In this document: positions 52,311 through 64,000 of the stretch, piece by piece
Layout: each line of letters starts with the position of its first letter
Position numbering within the stretch: position 1 is the first letter of the stretch
Source of the DNA: Eledone cirrhosa
Taxonomy: Eukaryota
Assembly: GCA_964016885.1 (NCBI GenBank)
Contig: OZ024741.1
Span: 201,996,001-202,060,000, forward strand
Direction of reading: 5' to 3'
Length of the DNA stretch: 64,000 nt
Notes under the pieces: model-generated
What the model saw: the letters and a program-made list of their open reading frames with translations, nothing else
Databases searched by the model: none
What the model was told of the DNA's origin: nothing
Program-made: the position numbers and the translations under genes

Positions 52311-55300
52311 ATGGGTGGGAAACGACGATGGGCTGGGTGGAGTAGGAATCATGGTAGCAGAAAAGTGGGCAGATAAGATAATAGACGTAAATAGAGTGAA
52401 CGACAGAATAATTAAAATAAGACTTGTCCTCAATAGAACTACGGTGACAGTAATATCTGCGTACGCACCCCAATCCGGACTGCCCGGCACTATAAAAGAC
52501 AGATTCTATGAGACACTGTTGCTAACTACCTCCCAAATATCTGACAGTGACTATATAATTATTGCAGGCGACCTAAATGGTCACGTTGGACAACATTGTG
52601 ACGGCTATGACGAAATCCATGGAGGCTATGGGTTTGGCACTAGAAATGAGGAAGGCTCCAGAATTCTGGAATACTGTGATGCAAATAACCTAACTATCTG
52701 TAACACTAACTTCAAAAAACGTGACAATCACCTGATTACCTATAGATCCGGGGAACACACAAGCCAGGTAGATTATATCCTTACCAGAAGACGTGACAGA
52801 GTGTCTGTTGTAAACACTAAATCCCTCCCCCATGAAGAATGCACCTCCCAACATAGACTGATAATTAGCGACCTCATAGTCAGGACGAGACGCACCCGAC
52901 AGCAGAAGAGGACTATCCTCAGGAGGAAAATATGGAAACTAAAGGACCCCACAGCCAGAAATAAATTTCAAAGCATATTACTTGATGCTTTCGACAGTAA
53001 GGAAGAGCATCTAGAATCGGACAATATAGAGGGACAGTGGAAATTTCTGAAAGCAAACCTGCTGTTGGCGACAGACGAAGTCTGTGGCTGGAGCAGGCCT
53101 GTAGGCAGGAAGAGAGTAACATGGTGGTGGAACAATAGGGTGGAGGGGTCAATTAAGGCCAAAAAGCAGGCTTGGAAAGTATGGCGGGATGGGGGAAGTA
53201 GAGTAGACTATCAAGTGGCCAGGAGGGAAGCTAGGAGAGAAGTGTACTTAGCAAGAAGGGAAGCTGAGGAAAGAAAGTTCAAGCATGTTCTACAACGCGA
53301 TGACCAAAAACGTGAGGTGTTCAGGATTGCCAGGCAATGCGTCAAGGAAAACCGTGATATTGTCGGGGAGAAGTGTGTACTTAACGATGATGGCATACTT
53401 GCCATCACCGACACTGATAAGAAGGTAGCTTGGAAGTGTCACTATGAAAGGCTACTAAATGAGGAGAATAAATGGGAGAAAGACAGTCTCCCCCTTATCG
53501 ACCCGATAGAGGGACCAGCAGTGTTAGTCGAGGGGAGTATAATAAGTAAGGCAATCAAGGATATGAAGACTGGTAAGGCGGCTGGGCCTTCGGAAATAGT
53601 TGCTGAGATGCTGAAGGCATCTGGCACGGTGGGACACACCATGGTCACCCGCATAGTTAACCAAGTCGTACAGAATGGGGTTGTTCCGAAGGACTGGCAT
53701 AGCAGCATCATCGTTAACTGTTATAAGGGTAAAGGAGACGCCCTAGATAGGAGTAACTATAGAGGCATTAAATTAATCGACCAGGTCATGAAGGTCACGG
53801 AAAAAGTAATAGCGCAACTAATCAGAGAGAGAATTGATCTAGATGAAATGCAGTTCGGGTTTGTGTCAGGCAAAAGCACCACAGACGCTCTTTTCATAGT
53901 ACGACAACTACAGGAGAAGTACCTAGCTAAAGGTAAACCCCTCTACTTAGCTTTTGTCGACCTGGAGAAAGCCTTCGACAGAGTCCCCCGCTCCATTATC
54001 TGGTGGGCTCTTAGAAAACTAGGCGTTGACGAATGGCTTGTGAGGGCTATACAAGCCATGTATAAAGAAACAGTCAGCAAGGTTAGAATTAACAACGAAT
54101 ATAGTGAAGAGTTTAGCGTAAAAGTTGGCGTCCATCAGGGCTCTGTTCTCAGCCCCCTACTATTTATTATTGCCCTTCAGGCTATAACAGAGGAGTTCAA
54201 GACAGGCTGCCCATGGGAACTCCTATACGCAGACGACCTGACACTCATAGCGGAATCAATGGCCGAGCTAGAGAAGAAATTCCAAACATGGAAGCACGGC
54301 CTAGAGTCAAAAGGACTTAAAATTAACCTGGCTAAGACCAAAGTTCTAGTTTGTAGGAAAGAAAACAAGGCGGCGGTCCCTTCTGGGAAATGGTCGTGCT
54401 CGGTATGTAGGAAAGGCGTAGGTAGAAACTCCATCTTATGTCCTAAATGCAAAGTATGGGTGCATAAAAGATGTAGTGGGATCACAGGTAAGCTAACTAA
54501 GAACATAGACTTTACATGTGGCCGGTGTTCTGGTGCAATAAGTAGCAGCAAGTGCCCACAAAATACTAGCTCTTTCAATTGCGCAGAGGGTTCTATAGAA
54601 ATAGTGGACAGCTTCCGTTACCTGGGCGATAAAATCAGCAGTGGGGGAGGGTGCTCTGAAAGTACTGTAGCTAGAGTCAGAACTGGTTGGAAAAAGTTCA
54701 GAGAGCTTATACCACTATTAGCTGCTAAAGGGTTCTCCCTAAAAATGAAAGGCAGGTTGTACGATGCCTGCATACGAACAGCAATGTTGCATGGTAGTGA
54801 GACCTGGGCATTGTGTGCAGAGGATATACGCAGACTAGAGAGGAACGAAGCTTGCATGCTCCGCTGGATGTGTAACAGTAATATACGTGAACGGCAAAGC
54901 ATAAACGAACTAAGGAAAAAATTAGAGATAAGAGGGATCAGATGTTGTTTACTCGAGAGAAGGCTGCGTTGGTATGGACACGTGATGCGCATGAAAGTCG
55001 ATAGCTGTATTACAAAGTGCAGGGCAATAAAGATAGACGGTAGCCACGGAATAGGCAGACCTAGAAAAACATGGGATGAGCTGATAAACTCCGACCTCAC
55101 ACACTTACACCTCTCCAAGACAATGTCACTGGACCGTGACCTTTGGCGGTACTCAGTAACAGAGAAGACCCGCCTTGCCAGTAGGCATCTCTAACAAAAT
55201 ACACCCCTCCCGCCGCCACCCCCACCCCATCCACACCACCCCGTTCTATGTAAAGTTATGTTGGTGCCGCGCCATCCAGGCCGAAACAAATGAGATCGTG

Positions 55301-55552
55301 TAGGTGTCACGACAAAAAAACACACAGTCCACGCTGTAATGTGGCCGTGTAGGCAACACGGTAAAAACCTCCCAGACCCACACTGTAAATGTGGTTGGTG
55401 TTAGGAAGGGCATCCAACTGTAGAAAACCTGCCAGACAGTCCTATGCGAGCAAGACAATCACTCTTGCCTCAAGTGGGACTACCCCCGTCCAAACCCATG
55501 CAAGCGTGGAACACGGACGTTAAACGTTGATGATGATGATGATGATGATGAT
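52311..55552 (+). mobile_element. RTE LINE family B, 5'-truncated inside the endonuclease, (GAT)n tail
   Basis: Starts abruptly at WVGNDDG next to a TA array; 3' UTR identical in type to 900-1274. Confidence 0.94.
52315..55194 (+). CDS. RTE ORF (partial APE + RT + PHD-like finger), 959 aa, lacks the N-terminus
   Basis: [41 protein letters not shown]. Paralogous to ORF 38305..41424 but missing its first ~85 aa. Confidence 0.93.
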   Translation: MGNDDGLGGVGIMVAEKWADKIIDVNRVNDRIIKIRLVLNRTTVTVISAYAPQSGLPGTIKDRFYETLLLTTSQISDSDYIIIAGDLNGHVGQHCDGYDEIHGGYGFGTRNEEGSRILEYCDANNLTICNTNFKKRDNHLITYRSGEHTSQVDYILTRRRDRVSVVNTKSLPHEECTSQHRLIISDLIVRTRRTRQQKRTILRRKIWKLKDPTARNKFQSILLDAFDSKEEHLESDNIEGQWKFLKANLLLATDEVCGWSRPVGRKRVTWWWNNRVEGSIKAKKQAWKVWRDGGSRVDYQVARREARREVYLARREAEERKFKHVLQRDDQKREVFRIARQCVKENRDIVGEKCVLNDDGILAITDTDKKVAWKCHYERLLNEENKWEKDSLPLIDPIEGPAVLVEGSIISKAIKDMKTGKAAGPSEIVAEMLKASGTVGHTMVTRIVNQVVQNGVVPKDWHSSIIVNCYKGKGDALDRSNYRGIKLIDQVMKVTEKVIAQLIRERIDLDEMQFGFVSGKSTTDALFIVRQLQEKYLAKGKPLYLAFVDLEKAFDRVPRSIIWWALRKLGVDEWLVRAIQAMYKETVSKVRINNEYSEEFSVKVGVHQGSVLSPLLFIIALQAITEEFKTGCPWELLYADDLTLIAESMAELEKKFQTWKHGLESKGLKINLAKTKVLVCRKENKAAVPSGKWSCSVCRKGVGRNSILCPKCKVWVHKRCSGITGKLTKNIDFTCGRCSGAISSSKCPQNTSSFNCAEGSIEIVDSFRYLGDKISSGGGCSESTVARVRTGWKKFRELIPLLAAKGFSLKMKGRLYDACIRTAMLHGSETWALCAEDIRRLERNEACMLRWMCNSNIRERQSINELRKKLEIRGIRCCLLERRLRWYGHVMRMKVDSCITKCRAIKIDGSHGIGRPRKTWDELINSDLTHLHLSKTMSLDRDLWRYSVTEKTRLASRHL

Positions 55553-56042
55553 ATATAGATATATATACATACATATAGATATATACACATATATATATAT
55601 ACACATATATATATATATACATATATATACACATATATATATATATACACATATATAGATATATATACATATATATAGATATATATACATATATATAGAT
55701 ATAAATACATATATATAGATATATATACATATATATACATACACATACATATATATATATATATACACATATATATAGATATATATATACATATATATAC
55801 ATATACATATACATATATATACAAACATATATATATATATATACATACACATACATATATATATATATATATACACATATATATAGATATATATATACAT
55901 ATATATACATATACAAACATATATATATATATACATACACATACATATATATATATATACATACACATATATATATATATACATACACATATATATATAT
56001 ATATATATATACATACACATATATATATATATATATATACAT

Positions 56043-56077
<35 letters not shown>

Positions 56078-56108
56078 CACATATATATATATATATATAT
56101 ACATACAC

Positions 56109-56145
<37 letters not shown>

Positions 56146-56168
56146 CATACACATATATATACATACAC

Positions 56169-56205
<37 letters not shown>

Positions 56206-56212
56206 CATACAC

Positions 56213-56243
<31 letters not shown>

Positions 56244-56250
56244 CATACAT

Positions 56251-56287
<37 letters not shown>

Positions 56288-56950
56288 CATACACATATAT
56301 ATATATATACATATATATATACATACATACATATATATATATATATACATATATATATACATACATACATATACATACACATACATATATATATATATAC
56401 ATACATATATATATATATACATACATACATATATATATATATACATACATACATATATATACATACATACATATATATACATACATACATATATATATAT
56501 ACATACATACATACATATATATACATACATACATATATATACATACATACATATATATACATACATATATACATACATATACATACATATATATACATAC
56601 ATATACATACATATATATACATATATATACATACATATATACATATATATACATACATATATACATATATATACATACATATATACATATATATACATAC
56701 ATATATACATATATATACATACATATATACATATATATACATACATATATACATATATATACATACATAAATACATATATATACATACATAAATACATAT
56801 ATATACATACATATATACATATATATACATACATATATACATATATATACATACATATACATACATATATACATGTATATACATACATATATACACATAC
56901 ATATATACACATACATATATATATATATATATATACATACATATATACAC
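55553..56950. repeat. ~1.4-kb compound TA/CATA microsatellite
   Basis: Direct inspection. Confidence 0.98.
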
Positions 56951-57294
56951 ATTTCATTTCATTTCATTTCATTTTACGTCCGCTTTTCCCTGCTTGCAAG
57001 GGTGGGACGGGAACTGATTCTGGCTTGATTTCTACAGCTGGATGCCCTTCCTAACACCAACCTCATTTACAGTGAGTGCTGGGTGCTTTTTTGCCGTGGC
57101 ACCTCCACAACCACTTTGCAGTGGAATGATAGGGACCCCAGTCCCTATCATCTCATTTCTACAGCTGAGTAAACTGGAGCAATGTGAAATAAAGTGTCTT
57201 GCTCAAGGAAACAACACACCACCCGGTCTGAGAATTGAACTCACAACCTTTCGATTGCAAGGCCAATGCTCTAACCACTAAGCCATGTGCCTCC
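56951..57294 (-). mobile_element. tRNA/CORE-like SINE with RTE-derived tail (family 1)
   Basis: Reverse complement of 31899-32245; (CATTT)n tail on the plus strand. Confidence 0.9.
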
Positions 57295-57418
57295 ATACAT
57301 ACATACATATATATATACATACATATATATATATACATACATATATATATATACATACATATATATATATATACATATATACATATATACATATATATAT
57401 ATACATATATATATATAC

Positions 57419-57497
<79 letters not shown>

Positions 57498-57620
57498 CAT
57501 ATACATATACACATATACATATATACATATATATATATACATATACATATATATATACATATACATATACATATATATATACATATATATATATACATAT
57601 ATATATATACATATATATAC

Positions 57621-57677
<57 letters not shown>

Positions 57678-57683
57678 CATATA

Positions 57684-58610
57684 CAGTATTTACGTATCGA
57701 GAAAGAGAAAAAAAAATGGGAGGATAGGTGATACATATAGTTATTTGCCAAGTAGCGTATGCTAAAGGTCCTCGATACTAGTGCCGGCAGTATTAAATAT
57801 TCGAAGTGTTAATATTTAGTGGGCTAGAGAGTTAGCAGAGCGTAAGCACGTGGGAAAGTAAAAAGAAAATCGGGGAATAGACCGTTAAAACATGTTTATT
57901 TAAAACAGCACCTACGTACGTTTCGCCCCTATGGGCTTCTCAAGGGCATAAATAATCACAAGTGTTCCTTATATTGCTCGGAAAGAGTTTTTGGGGTTAA
58001 ATCCACATCAAGGTTCATTGCTCGCAAAAATATCTTGTTTTGATTTTGCAGCAGGTCAAGGGAGGTAACTTTGGCCGGTGTTAGGGCAGTCTTTCCCGGA
58101 CAATTTTTTTTTTTTTTTTTTTGCCGCATCTTTTTGTCTGAGGCTGGGTCTGGTATGCAAGGATATTTTCCTGGGTGTTATTTTGCAGCGCCTGCCCGCC
58201 GGGTTGCTAAGACTTGTTGCAGTGAGATCCGGTGTACGGTTTCACTCCTCATCCTTAACCCATCTGAAGAAGGATATTTTTAAGCGATGTGTACAACTTA
58301 TCGCTGTTTCAGCTCTGCTGTTGATGAGCTCGTGGGGTGCAGTGATGGTAGAGCTCCATGAGGCAAAGATCGCATTTCCTCTTGAAGTTGTACGGTGCAG
58401 CTCTGCCGACAATCTCCCAGAGCAAACAGCACGGACACTCTATCTCAAAATTATTTTTGAAAAGCATTTAGAAATGCGCAACCGGTAAAAACTTAAAAAC
58501 TTAAAACCACAACTGAATACTAACCCATACAATCACTAATACTCTTTTATTCCTAATTAAACCATTTTTCAACTGTGAACAATTTGTCAGCATTTTCTAT
58601 TCCGTTTACC
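57684..58610 (-). mobile_element. Penelope-like (Naiad-like) 3' fragment: GIY-YIG C-terminus + pLTR with hammerhead, in TA arrays
   Basis: LWEIVGRAAPYNFKRKCDLCLMELY/(frameshift)ELINSRAETAISCTHR at about 58270-58425 fits the W.I...A.PY...C.LCL.E...LN.R.E....C.H tail of PLE endonucleases. Confidence 0.75.
57908..57947 (-). ncRNA. Type I minimal hammerhead motif, U3-A8 core variant
   Basis: Reverse complement reads gccc TTGAGAA gccc-atag-gggc GAAA c-gtac-g TA ggtgc, with AATAAA about 10 nt downstream. Confidence 0.72.
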
Positions 58611-59770
58611 AATATAGATATATATATAGAGATATAGATATATATATATACATATATATATATACATATATAGATATATAGATATACATATATACATATA
58701 TACATATATACATATATAGATATATAGATATATAGATATACATATATAGATATATAGATATATAGATATACATATATAGATATATAGATATATAGATATA
58801 CATATATATAGATATACATATATAGATATACATATACATATATAGATATACATATACATATATAGATATATAGATATACATATATAGATATATAGATATA
58901 CATATATAGATATACATATATAGATATATAGATATACATATATAGATATACATATATAGATATATAGATATACATATATAGATATATAGATATACATATA
59001 TAGATATATAGATATACATATATAGATATATAGATATACATATATAGATATATAGATATACATATATAGATATACATATATAGATATATAGATATACATA
59101 TATAGATATACATATATAGATATATAGATATACATATATAGATATATAGATATACATATATAGATATATAGATATACATATATATATATACATATATAGA
59201 TATATAGATATACATATATATATATACATATATAGATATACATATATAGATATATATATACATATATAGATATATATATACATATATAGATATATATATA
59301 CATATATAGATATATATATACATATATAGATATATATATACATATATAGATATATATACATATATAGATATATATACATATATAGATATATATACATATA
59401 TAGATATATATACATATATAGATATATATACATATATAGATATATATACATATATAGATATATATACATATATAGATATATATACATATATAGATATATA
59501 TACATATATATATAGATATACATATATATATAGATATACATATAGATATATATACATATATATATATACATATATACATATATAGATATATATACATATA
59601 TATATAGATATACATATAGATATATATACATATATATATATACATATATATATATACATATATATATATACATATATACATATATATATATATACATATA
59701 TACATATACATATATATATACATATACATATATACATATATATAGATATATATACATATATATAGATATA
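58611..59770. repeat. ~1.16-kb compound TA-rich microsatellite
   Basis: Direct inspection. Confidence 0.98.
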
Positions 59771-59782
59771 GGAACGAGTAGG

Positions 59783-59878
59783 ACCCCGACGGCTGAGCTC
59801 AAGCCGTTTCGACGGCTAATTCTGGACTAAATTAAAATTTTTCTCCTGGTATATGAATAGCCGAGCTTCTCAGGGGGT
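59783..59878 (-). ncRNA. Type I hammerhead motif with full stem III and GUC site; C3/A8 core mismatch
   Basis: Reverse complement reads acccc CTGAGAA gctcggcta-[long loop]-tagccgtc GAAA cggct-tgagctc-agccg TC ggggt. Ends about 12 nt before the TA array. Confidence 0.75.
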
Positions 59879-60494
59879 AATTCCATATATGGTAAAAGTG
59901 ATTGTCACAAGGATTGGTCAAAAGTTTGTTGTTGAGACACATAATTCTATCATGGCAATTTGTGGAAGGAAGGGGTAGCTGAACATGCCAGTAGAAGAAA
60001 GAGGGAGAGGGAGTGGAGGAAACCCAGTCGTGCATTGATAGTGCCAACTACAGCAGGGCAGGAGGTCAAGCAAGTATACTAGGGAGGGGGAGGAAGTCGA
60101 AACAATAAGTAAATCAATATGGAGTAAATATATAGAAGAATACCAAGAATGTTAAAAATATAAAAAAACAATTTCTGGTTATTATTCCCTAACGACAGTC
60201 ATCAAGTCTCTCACTGGTACTGCTAAACTATAGAAAAGTTTACTAGGTGGGACGGAATTGTAATGAGACCATTTTAAGAGTTAGTAGTAATCAACCGAGT
60301 ATATCTTACGGTGATAGGTCAACAAGTGGGGGGGGGGGGGCAAAATACTAAAGAAACTACCATGAAATAATAATTCAGAGTCCCGACACTAATACGAAAT
60401 AATTGTTTCTACCCTAGGCACAAGGCCAGCAACCACCCAGTGCAAAAAATAAACTAATACGAAATAATAATTCAGAATCCCGAAAATGAATACT

Positions 60495-60939
60495 AATACT
60501 ATCTCTAAGGGTCCCGCTACGAAACAAAAATTCTCGTACGAGGTATATGTGTGTATGTGTATAAATATGTGTGTGTATGTGTCTGTGTCTGATCTATATG
60601 CACTGGTCATAGACACACACACACTCACATATATATACATACACCACCACCAGCTCTCTTCCATTCTCCTGTCTCCTCTCCCTCTCTCTTTCAATTTACT
60701 CTGTCACAACCACTATCTCTTCCTCTCTATCTTTCTCTATCTGTGTTTATGAATATACCCGAAAAAACCCCATATTTCGGGAACCCGTGGTCAGATTTAC
60801 GCGAAACTTGTTTTATTCATTTGTATTCCCATATCAGCGGCAAATTCCTTTGAAAGTATTTTCCCATTATGCACCCTTTTGGCTGTATTACATTACAGAC
60901 AAGCAAGCAAGCAATCACAGAGTTTTAGTAATATATAGA
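60495..60939 (-). mobile_element. Possible non-autonomous Helitron-like element
   Basis: Minus strand starts TCtatatattactaaaactctg followed by (CTTG)n; 3' CTAG/hairpin degenerate. Confidence 0.45.
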
Positions 60940-61109
60940 TAGATTGATGAGAGAGGATTTGTATGTTAGGCTGAACCAGTATAACAATACAAAAAGAATA
61001 ATTAAATAAGATAAAGGAAATAATTTTGTTTTTAAGAAAACAAGAAATATTTCCTGAAATATCAAAAACATTGAGATTAAATATAATAAAGAGGATGTTG
61101 GCAATATAC

Positions 61110-61273
61110 CTGTGAAGAATTTAGTAATATTTTCTTTACAGCTTTGCCTTTTTCAGTATATAGTGTTAGATTATAACTCGGTATATTGCATTTTGCAGGT
61201 CCTTGTTCAAATTTTACATTTAACTTATCCATACGCTTATTATACATTATCCCAGTTGTCCATTCACGGCATG
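61110..61273 (-). CDS. IL-17 receptor-like gene, ectodomain exon (FnIII-like)
   Basis: ttttgcag|ca ... cag|gtatat; 164 nt, phase 1-0. (S)CREWTTGIMYNKRMDKLNVKFEQGPAKCNIPSYNLTLYTEKGKAVKKILLNSSQ. Confidence 0.8.
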
Positions 61274-61866
61274 CTGCAAAAGTGATAGTAAACAGTTTAT
61301 GAGAATATGAATACGTAGAACAAACATTCAAATGTACATGTGCACACATAGATAGTAAAATGTTAATGTAATCCTAGGATGACAAAATAACTAATTTAAG
61401 CAGAAAGGAAAATAGTTTAAACTATCATTTGCATCTCTTAACTATGACATTCAATTTCTTTATTGCATTACTTTATATCATCTTTAACAATAGAGGTCTC
61501 AATGTTTTAACCCTACTTTATATCATCTTTAGCTGTAAAGGTCTCCATGTTTTGTGGAGTGTCATAAACTTACTGTTACAGAAATATCTGTATGTTTAGA
61601 TTCAACTGCATTAATGAGTTTTGCTTCTTATAACGATAATTCTGAGCAATTAAAATCAGAGTTAATCAACAAGCTTCAAAACTCTTCCATGAAATAAGAA
61701 TAGATTTTGTTGAACATGCATGATGTCAATAGGACTAGCTAAGGAAATAGTTCAATTACAAATGAATATAAAACAGAAATAATAAATAATTCTGAACCTT
61801 TCTTTTCAACATACTCATCACTATTTATACAAAATTTTAAATATGTGATAATTTCAGATATCTTAC

Positions 61867-61984
61867 AGATTGTATCAACTGGCTTGGCAGAAGGAACATT
61901 GTTTTTAGATTTAGGCAATGGATAGAGATGAACTAAAAACTTGTGATTTTTTCTTACTGGATATAATTCAAAATGGAATTCAAG
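61867..61984 (-). CDS. IL-17 receptor-like gene, most 5' exon identified in the window
   Basis: gtttttcag|ctt ... atct|gtaaga; 118 nt, phase 0-1. LEFHFELYPVRKNHKFLVHLYPLPKSKNNVPSAKPVDTI. Confidence 0.8.
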
Positions 61985-62169
61985 CTGAAAAACAAATTGT
62001 TATAATTCCACCAATAAGTAATAGAATATTAAAATATTGTTCAGTTTAATCAAATTTTATTATAAAAATGTAAATGAAGAATTATTCATTTTATAATTTT
62101 AAATATTTAACTATTAGGATATTTATGGATGTCTCAGTATTCAGTAAACAAAAGAGTAGGTAGGCATAA

Positions 62170-62620
62170 AAGCCAAACTCGCTGTCTTCAGTTTTCATGT
62201 AAACCCTTACCTATGGTCATGAATCTTGGGTAATGACCGAAAGAATACCATCGCAAATACAAGCAGCTGAAATGGGATTCCTCTAAAGGGTCTTTGGAGT
62301 AACGTTACTCAATAAAGTGCGTAGATCAGAGAGTCACTACAGGTAGAGCCACTACTACTCCAAATTTAGAGATCACAGCTCTGATACTATGGGCATGTGG
62401 TTAGAATGTCTCAACAAAGAATTGCTGGACAGATTTTACAGGCAAAACCAACCAGCAGGAGACCCAGGAGTAGACCCTGAGCAAGATGGGTGGATAACAT
62501 CTATGAGCTTGGCTGGTTATGCTTGGGGATCCAGCCGGATCAGTTGGAGATGGTTGCTTCTGACAAGACTCAGTGTTTGAGGTGTCTGCCCCCACGAACC
62601 TCTCAGGAATAAGTGGATGA
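62170..62620 (+). mobile_element. Old RTE (Expander-like) 3' fragment
   Basis: TLTYGHESWVMTERI...YYGHVVRM; related to 7100-7490. Confidence 0.72.
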
Positions 62621-64000
62621 AGAACTATTAGGATACATTGAATAATGTAGTATGAGATACACAATGTCTGAATATAACATGGGATGGTTATGGATCACAT
62701 TTGAGTAGAAATATATAAATACTACAATATCAAAATATTGTTCAACTTAAATCATACTTTATAATCATTTTAATGTTCTTTGTATACATTATGTAATAAT
62801 CATTAAGAATATTCCACTGTTAGGTTAATTAGAATTATTGTAACATGCAGAATTCAAATCATTTTCTAGACACATATTTTGCTCAGGATTGAACATGTAA
62901 TCCCTCTCATTCAATTGTCATATTTATCACATATCCACATGAGCGCTACCCTCCCCTACATCCGGTCTCCTTACATATGGGAATATCCCAGACACATCTT
63001 AAAACACCTGCATGACTGACAAAACCCACAGTCACATGACTGCGACCTCACCCCCTATTTATGGTTAGGCTATTTAATATGCTTTTAGTCTACAGTAAAC
63101 TTTTGACAAGAGTTTTACTCACTTCAATTATGTTGGGTTATTTACATTAATATCTTAAACAATTTCCAAAATCTACTGATATAATTATCCTTTAAAGAGA
63201 CTGCACATAATTGTCAGGCAATTTTTCTTTTATATGTCAGATTTTTCATGTCTTTACAGTTTGACAACATAGGAGAAACATGTACTATAAAAGGGCAGAA
63301 CTTCTCTAACTACATAACTTTCTTAAAACATTTAGTTTGTTTAAATTACAAAATATTTTCTCGATTCAATGTTATTGTTCAGCTTTACAGTGCACACATA
63401 CTTTAATAATACCATTTCCTTAACTGTATATGGTAGCATGCCAGAAGTAGCAGAAGGACTAAGATTAGGTAAGTGGAAGAAGACAGAGATGAGGCCCTCT
63501 TTCCTGGTGGCAGGCTTGAAGTATCAGAAAGAGCAACATCACAAGTAGAAGAGGATGGCCATGGCAGCTAGAAGTCATATTTCAATGAGCTTTTACAGAA
63601 TCTGGAATTTTTTGGTCAGTATGCAGTCTCCTTAACTTCAAGTCCCCTAACCAGAATACTGCCACCCTCACACTCCACTCAGAATCCTCTGGCACTCCCA
63701 ACCAGGTAACAGGATCCTAACCATATCCCCTTCCACTCATTTAATGTCATTTCTCCTGCTACTGCCAGCACGCCAACCAAAACCCCATACTATATGCTTC
63801 CCTGCTGAGATATTGATTGATTATAGTACAAGATTAACAGATAAATAAAACACTAAATTCACAGGAAACAATCAATACAATAAAGTTCACAGAATGAAGT
63901 AGGTTTGTATATTGCGAGAAGAAAATTGTTAATGTGGGCAGGCTGCTTGGCTTGTGAGAAATAGCAGTGAAATCTTCCCTAAATCACATCCTATAGGTGT

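Noticed and set aside
57960-58030. Possible SECIS (AUGA...AA...GA) downstream of the Naiad-like fragment
   Set aside because: The helix between AUGA and GA does not base-pair.

Overview
AT-rich, repeat-dense eukaryotic DNA. It is animal and most consistent with a cephalopod such as octopus; that is an inference from the RTE/SINE repertoire and the very long (TA)n-derived arrays. One host gene can be assembled by hand on the minus strand: an IL-17-receptor-like protein (FnIII-like ectodomain, Ser/Thr stalk, TM helix, SEFIR domain). It has six phase-consistent GT-AG exons between 61984 and 12370, a 31.9-kb intron (29222-61109), and its 5' exons are not located in this window. The rest is mostly mobile DNA. 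RTE-clade LINEs include one uninterrupted 1039-aa ORF and one 5'-truncated 959-aa ORF, both with a PHD-like finger after the RT. There are also two CR1-like LINE copies, Penelope-like (RT/GIY-YIG) remnants, an internally deleted mariner, Helitron-like elements, two tRNA-derived SINE families, a VNTR-bearing element with an RTE tail, a 72-bp minisatellite and kilobase microsatellite arrays. The least obvious signal is about ten type-I hammerhead-ribozyme motifs from at least six sequence families. Several sit in palindromes or directly beside (TA)n tracts, and five lie in the sense orientation of the receptor pre-mRNA. All calls are by eye; no search or folding program was run.
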